A stretch of DNA of 63,809 nt, counting the filler, from Hausera hauseri (lineage: Eukaryota): assembly GCA_046269625.1 (NCBI GenBank). It is 10 parts of 10 records of this genome, joined end to end, with 100 filler letters (N's around TTAATTAATTAA, not from the genome) between each part and the next. Parts side by side here need not be neighbours in the genome. Positions count along the whole stretch, not along the records: positions 47,033 to 54,690 come from JBJURY010002569.1; positions 54,791 to 59,747 come from JBJURY010379258.1; positions 59,848 to 63,809 come from JBJURY010855077.1; 7 more parts are not named here. One strand, written 5' to 3'. Under the pieces are notes generated by a model, which saw only the letters and a program-made list of their open reading frames with translations, was not told the origin of the DNA and did not search any database. Below, piece after piece: positions 51,040 through 63,809 of this stretch (the first letter of the stretch is position 1; each line of letters opens with the position of its first letter). The translations under genes and the position numbers were made by a program.

Positions 51040-52255
51040 TAATTTATGTCAACTTTACAAATGGTGTCAGATATTTATAAAATTCTTAATACAAAACGAT
51101 GCACAGTTTATTCAAGAAAATCACATCCAGCAGCCTTGGAAACATTGTTTGGAGTTCTTTTTAAACATCCCGAATAACGAATAGAATAAACAGCATACGA
51201 AAAATTTTATGAATACTTTAATAAAGATGTTGAAGTATGAGAATGAAGAAAATGCAAACATCTGCGTGAAACTGCTGTTTGATATTCATAAATCTCAATG
51301 TCCTAATTTTTCCAATGAAATCCTCCAATCCTTAAAATTCGTACGAAACGTATATAAAGAATTACAGAATCATACAATCAAAATATTTGCTCAATCTCCG
51401 TATTATGAAGTTGACAATATCGAAGAATTTTCTTTGGAAACAAAGATTTTGGAAACGTTTACCGTCACAAAAACCTTTACGATTCAAAAGGACAATAATG
51501 GAAATCGAATAGAATTTAATCTTATCCCAAAATCGTGTTACTCATTGAAAGTAATGCAAGAAGTCCCCGTTTTATTAGTTTTAATGTACCAATTTCATAA
51601 GTCATACGTTTCGAATGAAATTCTTTTATTTATCCCATTTATGGACCTTTTAAATCTCGTTCCGACAGACGCCCAAAAATGATTTACAGTTCAATGAAAG
51701 TCTATATCTGCATTTTCTGGCTGCTCAATTGAAAGCGTTGTCCTTTCTGGCATGTCGTGAAAATTTTCAAGAAAGCATTGTTAGAGAAACATGCTGATAA
51801 TTTGGTTTAAGGTGTATCAAAGGATTGTCAACATTCCGTCGTACGTTACGGAAGGAGTATTTCATTACAGCTCGACATATTTTAGCAATTCAGGAAATTA
51901 AATCACGATTGCCAGAATTAATGAATGAAGACATTCTCATAGTAAATGGGTTTACAGTTTATCGGTTACTAAGACCAATGGCCTTTAGCACATTAGCTGA
52001 TATAATCCATTGTGTCAAAAACGAATTAAGTTTACCAAAGCAACCAACATATACATCAGCAACATGCATGATGATACTTTGGTTTTTAGTATTCAGCAAA
52101 TGAGCTTAAAATTGTTACTAAATTTAATCGAACCAATAAAAAATTGTGTCCAAATTTCGGCTGATGCCCAGCAAGGTCGGCAAATACTAACGAAAATTTT
52201 GCATGATTTTGTTAAACGACTGGGAAACATCGGCAAGTTTTATCTCCCAAGACTT
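51040..52255 (+). pseudogene. TRRAP: N-terminal fragment of TRRAP/Tra1
   Basis: QFIQE..QQ..K, ENEENANICVKLLFDIHK, IPKSCYSLKVMQEVPVLLVLMYQ, LRKEYFITARHIL, LRPMAFSTLADIIH, IQQMSLKLLLNLIE. About 400 codons with frameshifts. Confidence 0.9.
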
Positions 52256-53094
52256 GGAAAAGAAAGTTTAATCGAATGTATTAAAAAACGAAAAAAAATG
52301 TTGTAAAGTCCGTCGGAGAGGCAACACGGCTTGATCGAGAAGAATTTGAAGCATTATTTATAGTTTTCAAAGGTGTTTATATTGCACCCAGTTGTTGCAC
52401 AACCCATTTGTTGACGCTCGCACCAAATATGAACAGTTATGATCCTGTCCGTCCATATTATGATGCCTGCAAAATAGATTACGAACTCTTTGCCAGGTTG
52501 TTCAAATGTCTTTTACCCTGGGGATGTCCTAATTTTATCTCATTGAGGGTTTTCCGTTTGCTCGATTTGAATCTGGATAACATGTTTAATTTTAAAGAAT
52601 TTGCTTGGATAGTTGGTATCGTACGCATGTGCACTTTGGAGGAAAAATTGAGATTCTTATACCGTCATTATTATAGACCTTGTCTTTTGCCTGGCGATGA
52701 AAAACTATTGAAGAAATCGGAAAATGTATCGTCAATGAAACCTTGGTGTAACTGTCTTGATCACACAAAAAGTGACGGTAGTCATGAATTCGGAATAGAA
52801 CTAACGGAAGCAATGCTTGAATACATTCCAGATAGTGATGAAATAAATAAAGAAGCTAAAGATGGTTTGCCCAAAAAGCCAGAAAAGAATGAGAATATCG
52901 AAGTCAAACCGAAGGTTTCGAAATCACGATCAAAAACTGCATCTATCAAAAATACTTTCCATTGGTTAAAAGACTCCGATAATTTACCAAACATGCAATA
53001 TAACGATATGCTAGAATCGTGGACAGGTCTCTACGATTTTGTAGCTAATAGTGATTCCATGAGCAACACAGTCTCTTCCATGCTTAAAGATTAG
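52256..53094 (+). pseudogene. C-terminal (EF-hand) fragment of a TBC1D8/TBC1D9-family RabGAP
   Basis: KKNVVKSV...EEFEALFIVFK, YDPVRPYYDACKIDYELFARLFKCLLPW, RVFRLLDLNLDNMFNFKEF, LEEKLRFLY. The GRAM and TBC domains are absent. Confidence 0.85.
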
Positions 53095-55295
53095 AAACAC
53101 AGGAAAAGCTTTATAACTTATCTTGTAAATACACACACTGAATTACGATTGGTAAAGAAGCGAGCCGAAGAATTACTTTTAAGGCAAGTGTTATAAAACA
53201 TTTCAGGATGATCACCAAGTCTTTGCATAGAATTTTATGGCAATACTTGGTGGTTCTTTTGTACCGTTGTTATTAAGCGTCAATATATTGAACGCATATA
53301 TCTAATAAATGTTATTGAAGAAACAACTTTATTGCTATGGAAATGTGGACAGTAAACAAACATTAAAAATCGAATGTATGGGTAATTTATTGTGTTATGA
53401 ACACAAAGATTTTCAATTACTTTAAATAAGTGGTGCTTAAAATGTAGTCCGTGGTTAATTATTTAGGGGTCCGTGAACTAGCGTCTATTATTTTATAAAT
53501 GTTGTAAGTGTTATGTAGACATGTGTACATCAAAACGTAGAACGGAAACAATATGAATGTTAAAGCTGATTATCGGCTTCACCTCACCAATGTTTCACGA
53601 AATATTTTTCATCTTTCGGCAAAAAAATCAATCACATCTCTCCAACTGAACTAATGATTTCATTGTTGTATTTACAATAGACATTGATATCAGCTATTTT
53701 TATTAACAAAACGGTACTAATTGCTTTGCAAAATGATCGTTGTTTCGGTGGCCCGCTTAAGAATATTATGGATTTTGGGTATCCTTTTCTAAAATAAATT
53801 TAGGAACCATTGTACTATAATAAATATAATTGAATCAAATACTGGATTACCGTTTTATGCTCATTCTATAAACCGAATTTGAACATATTTCACATATGGC
53901 AGATGTTTTATACTTGCAGACAGATGATTGAATATTGATGTCGTTCTTTAATTTCCGGTTCTGTCCGACGTTTTCTTTTGATAAGAAATATAATAATTTC
54001 TTTAGTTTGTATACGTTTAATTTAGCCGAGTACTTTTTATTATTCGTATTTCTATGATCTTTTGAAATACATGGTTAAAGTTGGTTAACATTATCTGCTT
54101 CATCAAACCCATACTTTGCGTTAAGGGAGAATTTTATCTTGTACGTTTTTTGTTATAAATCAAAAAGACAAATATTTGTAAGATTCTTAAGAAATAAATA
54201 ATAGATATTGCCAAATTATATGACTAATCATATAGTATGATTATCCGAGTAGAAATTGGTCATACCATTTATTTTTATGACGAAGAACCGTTTTTAGGTA
54301 TTTTTAAATTCACAGGAAAATATCTTCATGCGACATTTTCATTATATAATCCACTTGTAACCATTGATACGTTTTTAAATAAGAAAATTAATTTTACGGT
54401 AAATATGGGTTTCTATCAGAAAATTATCAAAGAGGTGCGAAATTTATGCTGAAAACTAATATGAAAATTTTTTTCCGAGAAGCCAAATTAACGCATTCAG
54501 AGCCTTTAAATGTGACGTCATTTCGCATTTGTTCAAATCTGCCCCATTACGTTTAGGAATTTTAAGCTTTTACAAAATTTTCATTACTTTTCTCGAGTTA
54601 ATATTCTTTTAATATTCGATCGTATCTTTTATGTTCTGATGAAATAAAATACCCATCGAATATAGTCTGTGATCACTCATGTGCATAGCCNNNNNNNNNN
54701 NNNNNNNNNNNNNNNNNNNNNNNNNNNNNNNNNNTTAATTAATTAANNNNNNNNNNNNNNNNNNNNNNNNNNNNNNNNNNNNNNNNNNNNATTGAAGGAC
54801 AAAAGTTTACAGAATTCCATTCACAGTTTCCCGAGTTGCGAATGACGACGTATTCAACAACATCGAACAACTTGCTGACGATGGTACCTGACAATATCCG
54901 ATGTCCGTATCGTGATCATGGACCACATTGTGCTTACAAAAAATGTCCACGGCTTTGTATTGACTGTTTCATGCAAATAAATAAATATATGTACGTATTT
55001 ATTTCTTTCTGTTCATGACATATTTAGCAGTATTGGTCAGTTGAATAGTTCAAATACCATAAATACGGGTAGGTTATAATAATAATAATCATGGACTATA
55101 ATGGAAATTGTACACATTACGAATGACTTCAGTAACATTGAGGTAATTTGTATCATTCTGATGAGACAGTACTCACAAAGTAAATATCTATTGTTTGCTA
55201 TGAAAGCAAACCGGTATGAACAAATTTCATATAAATAGAGATGCAATTTCATTTGACGTGTCTTATTTAAAAATGTCTGGAAAACAATTTAGCAG

Positions 55296-55734
55296 GTGAC
55301 AGTCTCTCAAAAAAAGCCAAGGTACAGTGATTATTCGCTTAGAAATTCCCGGTTGTATAATGGATACAACTTACGTTATCTGCGCTACGCTATTCAATTG
55401 CCATTGACGCAAACGGTCAAAATTAAACCGGTGAAATATGGTATATTGGTGAAAAAGATTAGCGACGATGATTTAGATACAATGGAAGATACAATTAGAA
55501 AAGTTGGCAGTGATTTGGCATTGAGTTACTATATCCGAGATACATTGTCGATATTTTCTCAAACGAAATATGGCGAAAATTGTCAGTTCACATGGCGGAG
55601 AAAGAGAAGCAGCAAAAGCAGTTTTGCCACCGGAAGGAGCTAAAGACCGTCTAACATTGAAGTTGAAAGGATACAAGGATCTGCATGGAGTTAAATCACC
55701 ATTATGGAAGATGGGAAAGTTTACGCTCATTTGA
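55296..55734 (+). pseudogene. Small frameshifted ORF convergent with the PolB; possible element-encoded accessory protein
   Basis: Two adjacent open frames (IQLPL..VKIKP...; LPPEGAKDRLTLKLKGYK...SPLWKM) end tail-to-tail with PolB across an AT-rich spacer. Confidence 0.3.
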
Positions 55735-55918
55735 CTTACTTTGTTTTTGATTTTAGCTTATGATTATTAATAAATTTTATTGATTTTGTTTGTTTTTTAT
55801 ATTGTTTCTCGTCACATTAGGCAAAAACAACGAACAATATAAATTATTTATACAAAACAAACAGATCACAATGAATTATCACAGTAATTTGATCTCTCTG
55901 TATCATCAACACCGTGTT

Positions 55919-58900
55919 TTATTCCAAACGCCAATGTCCGTATGCCCAACTCTTATTCCGCTTCACCCACTTACGCTTATCATCATTGCATGATAAAGCG
56001 ACTTTTGAACTGGTCACCGTATACAGCTGGTGCTCAATTGATTGGATGATCGTTTGTGACACAACAGCCTTTGATTGTCCTCCGTCTCCTGCTTCATAGA
56101 CACGGCGATAATTACCAAGGTCGATTTCCATCTAGGCCAACTGAACTGTTTTGGCGCGCATTTTCGGTCCACAGTCAGTTAAAAGGCTATAACATTTTGG
56201 TCGTAGAAATATCCACTCCCTATACTGAAGCCGACCTTCACTTTTATTTTTGAAGCAGCCAATTTTGTTTATGATTGCGTTGCTGTACAATGGATGATTC
56301 TGTGGGTAATTGGACGTGTCCAGTAATCCGTCTGCCATCATTTGCTGCAATAGTGGTTCGAGATTGCCGTTTTCCAGTTCCAAGAAAAAACTGTCTGTCA
56401 CCGACAATTATATTGATCCTGCATCTGCCGCCGCCGATCATTTGCCGGTAACGTGCCAAATCGTGATACTGCAGCTCATACATTCACAACATGCTCAGGT
56501 CCAATACCACTTGTCCTATATAATTTGATCGGTCCAGTACGACTTCTCTGTTTAAAAGCACGGTAACCAATCCATCGGCAATGTGCATTGACTGCCTGAA
56601 ATGTGCCTTGCTCGTGTGCGTAACCAAGCGCTTTTCGCTATTGCATTGGCGTACATTGTGCCGCTTTTTCAGATTCTCCACTGGAAATGTTTTTCAGCTT
56701 GTAATATTCCTTTTCGAACTTTGTTCAAGCTTCTGCCCCTTTCTCCGAATTTCTATCTATGTACGCCTTGAAAATTGGAACTTGAGCAAATCGGATCGCA
56801 CGATACAGCTGTGTGACGCGTACACCCAACTGAATGTAAAATTGCACCGGACGCCAATTATCTGTAATTTTGCTTGGGTTCATGCGTAATAAGCAGCTTC
56901 TTCACCTTCGAGCCCGGCGTACATTGATTGGTGCGACCGGTAGTTTATCCAGAAAGTCATGCAGCTCATCTGGTACCACGAGATTAACCTTTATCGGGTA
57001 TCCGATTGAGCTGTTTTCTGCTGTTGTCGTGTCTGCTCTCGACACATTTTCCAGTATTGTGTTCAGGTCCTGTTTGTTAACTACCCATTCGAATGAACCG
57101 TACGGCAAGGGTTGTGAAAGCGCCCAGCCGTACAGATTACTAATGTCGATATACAACAGTGATGTGGTATCATTACTGGTTACGTGATGCTTGTTGACAA
57201 ATGTCATGCCGCTGCGAATACCAACATCAAACATTCGGTACATATCCGGGTCTTGCAATGGCGCTATATCACGATCTAGTGACATCAGAGTTGATGCCCA
57301 ACTCATTTCGGGTATTGATTAAACGTTGAGTGGCTCCAGCCTATCTTCTGCCAACGCTTTCGCTCGAAACGCCTGGAACACATTGGCTAATAAGTACACG
57401 TCCAGTTTAAGATACTGGTGCATGTACTCCAACATGTTTCTACAGCCAAGTTCTGTCCAAGATTCTTGTGCTCTATGATATTATTCTTCTGTGATGCCTG
57501 TCCGTTGCGGCGGTATTTCCTCTGCTGTCCGGAGTCGCTCATATGATGTTGCAAAGTCATGGAAATATGCCTTTGCTGCGTGCAGTGTGGGGAACTGCGT
57601 TGAGATTATCGGCACATCCGGCAAGGCATTTACCAGCTTCACCAGTGATTCATTGAGAAATTGCAATGAATCAAGGAAGAGTACCTGGAACCGGTTTATG
57701 CGTGCTAACAGGGACAGGTACTTCTCTATTGTTGTTTGGATTATGGACAGTTCCCAGTGCCGAAATCCGTTGATGGCCCATTTAAGTATATGGCGGCAAT
57801 CATAACCTCGGAAATTATGAATGATAACCGGTAGGAATGGCCGCAAACGCCTTGTTAAATTGCATGCGTTGCATGCTGCTCCCAAGTATCGTCCGGTGAA
57901 ATGATCATGGTCCGGTACGAGCCGTTCCTGTGCGTCAAAAGGCTATTTTGTGGCAGAGGTAATATTCATCGGTAGCAGCGAAAAGCAGCGGTTTATATTC
58001 GTCTGTTTATATCAAGGGCTTAGTGCTATTATTACTGTACCATGGTGCGATTTTCGTTTTCACTATCGTTTTCAACTGTTGCAGGAAATCGCGTATACAG
58101 TTCCAACCATGAAAAACGTATTATTGCGGTTGTCCGGCGGCTTTTGGTCGTATACGTTGTGCCGCGGTAGGATTGCTTTGATATCGGCATATACCACATA
58201 TGCCGGACTGTCTGTTTTCGACCAGTCACTGAATCTCAGCTCCTTTTTGACTGACATGACGTACATTGTTGCTTCTGATGAATTTTGTCTGCACAGCGCC
58301 AAATGTTTTCCCATGTCGTTTTTGGCCTGAAACCATGCAGACATGTAGGACATCATTTACAATTTATAAGCTTTTTGATGAATTGGTGGTGATCCATGTT
58401 CAGCAGTCTGTCCAATTTGATTACTGCCACGTAGCGACATTTATCTCCTTGCTCCAACAGCAACAAATTTACCGAGCGTCCATTCGGGTTCCGACTGCGA
58501 TAAATTATATCCACGTGTGGCTTTTTGTATATCTCTTCATCTGCCGGTATTTCTACGATTGTTTTGTACCGGAAAACGTTGATTGCCATAGTAGGATTAC
58601 GCCGTTCAAATGTCGGGATAGATTTCAGTTTCATCGGCATCCAGCTTTCATCAAATTCCAATTCGGAAAAATACTGCCGATACTTCTTTGGACGATTTGC
58701 ATGATTTCTAACCACTTCGTCGTATTTGAATATAGCCAGAATACTGTAAATAAAACAGTATTCGTCGTCGGTATTTTTTACATTCGCTACCGACAGAGAT
58801 TGCTTTAGAGCTGCTGGTGTCGCTATGAATGATTGCCCAGACAATTATATCATATCATTCAACTTTGTTATGATAAAGCCGAGAGTTGCAATTTTTATAA

Positions 58901-59230
58901 TTCTCTAGCCACTACCCTTTTCGGTGTAGCTGGCGATTTTTTCATCCAGCTTCTCGCCTACATCGGCGATAAAATCTTCCTAATATGGTACAGCTCGATG
59001 TGATAGGTACCATTGTTTCCTGTCACCTTCAACATTTTCAAATTTCCTCAAGTGCGTAATATTGCACTTTGCAGTGTTGGTGTTGAAATTTCTCTTTTCA
59101 ATTCCAACCGGTTGCGCACGCTGGACGGAACATGTCTCAATTTTGTTGTTGTTGTTGTTGTTTTCGCCGACATGTTCACTTTTATGTCCACGTATGATCT
59201 GTTCAAATCGTACTTGGCATTAATGTCGGG
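55919..59230 (-). mobile_element. Near full-length decayed protein-primed family B DNA polymerase of a Polinton/adintovirus-like element
   Basis: Motifs in order: VKNTDDEYCFIYSILA, YVVYADIK (exo I), DHDHFTGRYLGAACNACNL (endonuclease VII-like), HNFRGYD (exo II), FLDSLQF, GIRSGMT, YIDISNLYGWALSQPLPYG, YIGQVVLDLS, TDSFF, LRPKCYS, KVALSCNDDKR. Confidence 0.92.
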
Positions 59231-60039
59231 TTCCTATTGTATCTGTTCCTCTTGCTGGTGCTGCTCCTGCTGATCCTGCTGTTGCTCTTCTTGCAGCTCG
59301 GTACTGGTTCTGATGTATTTGTCCAGACTTTTTGATGCCTTACTTTCCCTACTGGTTGTTNNNNNNNNNNNNNNNNNNNNNNNNNNNNNNNNNNNNNNNN
59401 NNNNNNNNNNNNNNNNNNNNNNNNNNNNNNNNNNNNNNNNNNNNNNNNNNNNNNNNNNNNNNNNNNNNNNNNNNNNNNNNNNNNNNNNNNNNNNNATTTT
59501 TGTTGATTCCATTAATATTTGTTTTTTCGACCACCGCTGAAACTGGTCTAAGTGGTCCTGGTGCTCATTGTAAAATTGTTCATATTTGATTTCATCAACT
59601 ATTGAACAACCGGGACAAATATAGACCCGTTTATCGTGCACAGTTGTGGCGCCATAGTATTGCTCCATTGCACTATGGCAATCACCAACGTTGTGCACTG
59701 TACTTGTACAGTACCGTGGGTACATGGGGCAATACACTAACATCATCNNNNNNNNNNNNNNNNNNNNNNNNNNNNNNNNNNNNNNNNNNNNTTAATTAAT
59801 TAANNNNNNNNNNNNNNNNNNNNNNNNNNNNNNNNNNNNNNNNNNNNAAGTTGAAAACGAAACCAGAGAAAAATTCAATATTTTCTAACATTCTTTTTTC
59901 CATTAAACTTTTTAAAAATTATATTATTTTGTATACACATGAAGTATTTAGGGTTATTATACGTACACATTAACTTGTAAAAATTAATTTGCAACTACAT
60001 TTAACCAAGAAAATTATCAAAAAATTTTTGGTCAAATAG

Positions 60040-60093
60040 CCACAAAAGGTCGTACAACTGGGCCGCATGTGGGCCGCGGGTTGGACATCCCTA
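60040..60093. mobile_element. hAT-like element terminus
   Basis: GGCCGCATGTGGCCGCGGGTTGGACATCCCT resembles Charlie-type subterminal and terminal sequence. Confidence 0.4.
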
Positions 60094-60161
60094 CTTTATA
60101 TGCTATCGTAGTATTATTTTTTGATATTACACAATCATTTTAACGCGAATTAATTTGTCAG

Positions 60162-62191
60162 GCATCCGACCAAAACCAAGTAATGTATCAAGGGGATATT
60201 GTTAATCAGATGCCCGTTTCTCTGCAGATTCCATCTCCACATCAACAACAACCACAACCGACTGTTATGAATAGTCCTACAAACGTTCAACAAATGTCTT
60301 TAAGCCATAAATCATCTCTTTCACATGGTCAGTCTATTATTGAGACAGATTCTTTACGATCTCCAAATAAGCAATTTTCTGATTCCAGTCTTGGTGTTGG
60401 GGGTCAGCTAGCTTATTTACCACCAGTGCCACCTCCAACGTGGCCTCCTTCTGATCAGACATCCATGGCTGCACCAGCTAGCATTTCTCCATTTCATCGT
60501 GGTAAATCTCAAATCAACCCTAGTCATGGTCTTCCAAGTCATATTTCTATGAATCAACAACAGTCTCCTCAAAATGGAGATCGAATGAGTCGCGAAAAAG
60601 TAGTATCAGAATTAGGTACAAGTTCTTCGGTATCGTCAAAAGACTGTGTGAACACTATTTCATTCGAACATGAATCTAATGCTAAATTGAGAGAAAAGCT
60701 ACTTAATCAACGAAATACGTTGAAACAGCAAATTTCTGGTGGAAGCAGCAGTCAAGAAGGATTAATGCAAACAAATTCTGATCCAATTTTTACTCAGTCA
60801 CAATTGATTCGTTCAAATTCTTCTGTAGAATCAGCCCAAGAACAAGAATCTAGCATTCGATGTCCAAAATTTTCTAGTCAGTCACCACAAAACACGCCAG
60901 TCCATTTTTCACAATCAACGATTGATGACGGAACAGTTCAAATGCAGCGAGTCTATCCAAATAACATCGGGTATTATATGGACAATGGGAGCCAACAGAA
61001 GCAACAGCAGATTCAGCAACTGCAACCTCAGGGATATATCCTTTTTGAATCAAGTGATTCCAATCAGCTCACTAAAGTCATTTCTCCATACCAAATTCAA
61101 CAGTTTCAGCAACGTTGTCGACCAAATACTTTTCAGGATCAGTCTCCGAGGTCTCAAATGCTGGCTACTGGGGCTGGAATTAATTTTATTGGTCATCAGC
61201 AACAACAGTTCATGGCGACAAATCAAAAATTTCACGGCGGACAAGACGTATCACCAATCCGTGGAGGGTATCGCCAAATATCTTTACAACAACAACATAG
61301 TACGGGTGATGAATGTGCACAATCAACAGAAGGACCATTTTGTATGTCTCCAGGGATGCAATTGCAACAATCACCTATGTCTCCTTTCCCACAAGTTGGT
61401 CTTCATCATTCAGTACAGTTGCAACAACAACAGCAGCAGCAACAACAGCAACAACATCAGCAACAGCAACAACAGCAGCAGCAACAACGAAAATTCCAAC
61501 AACCTTGTCGATCAATTTCTGCAGGTGTTGGCAAAAATTTTGAGTTATCCGGTCAGATGTATTCACCACGTGACAGTCTCACACCACAATCGATGCCAGT
61601 CGGCATGCCAATACAACAGCAACAAACACAGGGTCCTCCAACACCTCAAAGTCCATGTCCAGTGAAGACACCTACACCAATGTCTCCATCATCTAAAGGT
61701 AGTGGGACAGTCCGGTACAATCAGCAACAGTCACAAAGTCCCGTACCAAACAATATTCCCTCACCAATATCGAAACAGCAGTCAAGTCCAATGGTAGATT
61801 CATTGGTCCAACAATATGTTTTATTATCAGTTTCAGAACCAACAACAACACAGTTCGTTCAGTGGAGGAAATGATCAAGATATGATGCAACGATCGTTTA
61901 CTCCAAAATCATGCTCAAGTCATGCATTAACTCCTATTAATAAAGACGAACTTGGTGGTTTCGAACCGCCGGTAATTGTCACCCGTGTCAATATCGATAA
62001 AAAAAGTTTTAATGTTCTGGCCGGTGAGCAACCATCATCGGGGAAGTTAGATATGTCTCATCGGCAAACTATGTTGGCAGCTGAGATATCGAACGCAACA
62101 ACGGACATTAGTCAAAATAATGTGTATATGCCTGGAGTTTCGACGAATTATTTAAAGACGGTATCAAACATGCCATCGGGCTCTCGAATCT
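60162..62191 (+). CDS. Internal exons of a Gln/Ser/Pro-rich low-complexity protein (exons approx. 60162-61793 and 61831-62191)
   Basis: 563-codon ORF with polyQ. A 37-nt GT-AG intron (61794-61830, phase 0) joins it in frame to the next ORF. Acceptor at approx. 60161 and GTAAGT donor at 62192. The family is not identified. Confidence 0.7.
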
Positions 62192-63094
62192 GTAAGTTAA
62201 TTTGTTGATTGATTAATATTTGGTCTATTCCACAATTTAACTGCATATAACTTCTTTCTGTTCTTTTCTTCAATCTTTACTCATTTCCAGAATTGGGTCG
62301 ATCTACTACAAAAATGCAATTTGGCCTAACTGGTTATGGTTGGTTAGCGATGATTTAGCTGTCAGCGTAACATATTTATTAATGTGTCTTGTTTTTCCTG
62401 ATAATTGCTTCGACTATTACTTTTTTAATAACCTTTGCTAACATCTCTCTTCCTGTAGCCTGGTTTCGGCGGCCGTTGAATAAATATTTCTTTCATGTCG
62501 TTTATTATTTTGCTCGTTGTTCTTGTGAAAGCTATTTGATGATATTTAATTAGCCTCATGGTTTAAATTTATAAATTTTTGCGCGCAAAGCAGAATTGTT
62601 CGTGATACTGAAGAATTATTTTGAGAAACTTTTCATTATATTTTTAACCTTTAAATTTTGTCCGATTTTGTACAAGCACGATTGGAATAAAAAACTGCAA
62701 AATGTCCATCCACAACAAAAGGGTAACGAGATATTTCCTCAGTTTGTCACAAGATAATATCGCTTGTCGTGGATCAAAGTTTGTTATGATAAATTGTCAG
62801 TGCATAGTAATGAAAAAAACCTTTCGTTTTAAGAAGGAAAGTTCCCAATATCGGAATTTTCTTTTATTTTGGTTCCTTTGGGATCTCCAAGTGTGTTTTC
62901 AACATATAGTTTCGGTGTCCATGAATTCGCCCAATCATATTCCTAGTCGACATTGTATTTTGTACGTATCTCGGATTTCAAATATATATAAATTATTCTT
63001 TCTCTTATCCAGAGTGTGAATTTGTCGTGGAAATTCGTTCTTTTCCTTTAATTCTGGTTGTACCATTCATCTAGTTTCTTTGACGATCTCTTAA

Positions 63095-63290
63095 TAGTTT
63101 TTCAGCAAGTTTATTATCGGGATCTAAACTTAAGATCTTTTCACAATCTCTGATAGCATCTGGAAGATTACGTATTTCATAGTAACAAGTTGTTCTTCGA
63201 TATAGAACTTTAATATTCGATTCATTATGTTTCAGAGCAGTCATTATGTCACGGATAGCTTCTCCCCACTTCTTTTGTTTTATATATACG
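63095..63290 (-). pseudogene. TPR-domain fragment of co-chaperone type
   Basis: KQKKWGEAIRDIMTALKHNESNIKVLYRRTTCYYEIRNLPDAIRDCEKILSLDPDNKLA. Confidence 0.75.
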
Positions 63291-63329
63291 AATTATTTTC
63301 ACTCTTATCCATTGATTATACTGAATCCG

Positions 63330-63505
63330 ATAATAAACAGAATCGAATGTACATCTCCTAAAAACATTATCATCACGCTCTTTTCCACAATGTACTTCTA
63401 CAATACCACGTTTCGTACCCATCTTCACACAATTGAATGTTTATCGTCGGTTTCTTTTTTATTCATAGGCCGACATCGGATAACTAATTTTACGCACTCT
63501 CCTTT
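63330..63505 (-). pseudogene. N-terminal fragment of a kinesin motor domain (kinesin-2-like)
   Basis: ECVKLVIRCRPMNKKE...KRGIVEV...TFDSVY. It ends before the P-loop. Confidence 0.75.
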
Positions 63506-63809
63506 CTCCAATCTAAATTCTCCAACGTTTTCCCACCAACATCATCTTTTCAATACTTAACGACTGGATATGATTGGTTTTCAACGATTCCAAAATCATG
63601 TGAGTCTATTTTACATTAGCAATGATCTGATTAACTGATAGACGACTTTTCTTCGACATTTCATGCAATTATAAAACAATAGATTTGTAAAACTCGACTG
63701 ACGGCTCTCAACTCACGGTTAGCCATAATTATTCCTGCTCTCTCAGTTCTCCGAACCCTGCCAGGGATCATTCAATCATTATTTTTCACACACATCCAAC
63801 CAACATTTT

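Noticed and set aside
60680-60740. KLREKLLNQ as evidence that the Q-rich protein is KMT2C/D
   Set aside because: The motif is too short and no PHD, HMG or SET domain lies in the contig.

Overview
This window is not one locus. It is ten eukaryotic contigs joined by artificial 100-nt spacers (N44-TTAATTAATTAA-N44): 1-5881, 5982-11584, 11685-17061, 17162-26652, 26753-35822, 35923-41275, 41376-46932, 47033-54690, 54791-59747 and 59848-63809. Contig 2 is teleost-type DNA (three exons of a Siglec/MAG-like gene and a solo LTR with a TSD). Contig 1 is a 41/42-bp satellite. Most other contigs look like one AT-rich invertebrate metazoan with very short introns, plausibly a fish parasite; the taxon cannot be fixed from the sequence. 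The only intact recognisable full-length gene is a fused Glu-Pro-tRNA synthetase (EPRS) with no WHEP repeats. The rest includes: three decayed CsRN1-type gypsy elements, two with a conserved -1 frameshift cassette; three remnants of a Polinton/adintovirus-type PolB; a Tc1 remnant; and several trains of co-oriented decayed gene fragments (OGT+DHX9; LNX+TRRAP+TBC1D8/9; kinesin+TPR+channel-like; NOG1+PolB). The best leads are (i) a chuvirus-like envelope glycoprotein lying upstream of retroelement protease domains, with a second, internally inverted glycoprotein remnant on another contig, (ii) a single fish-like MARCH6 exon abutting a viral-type PolB fragment inside a parasite-type contig, and (iii) the fragment trains. 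All homology calls come from motif recall, not database searches.
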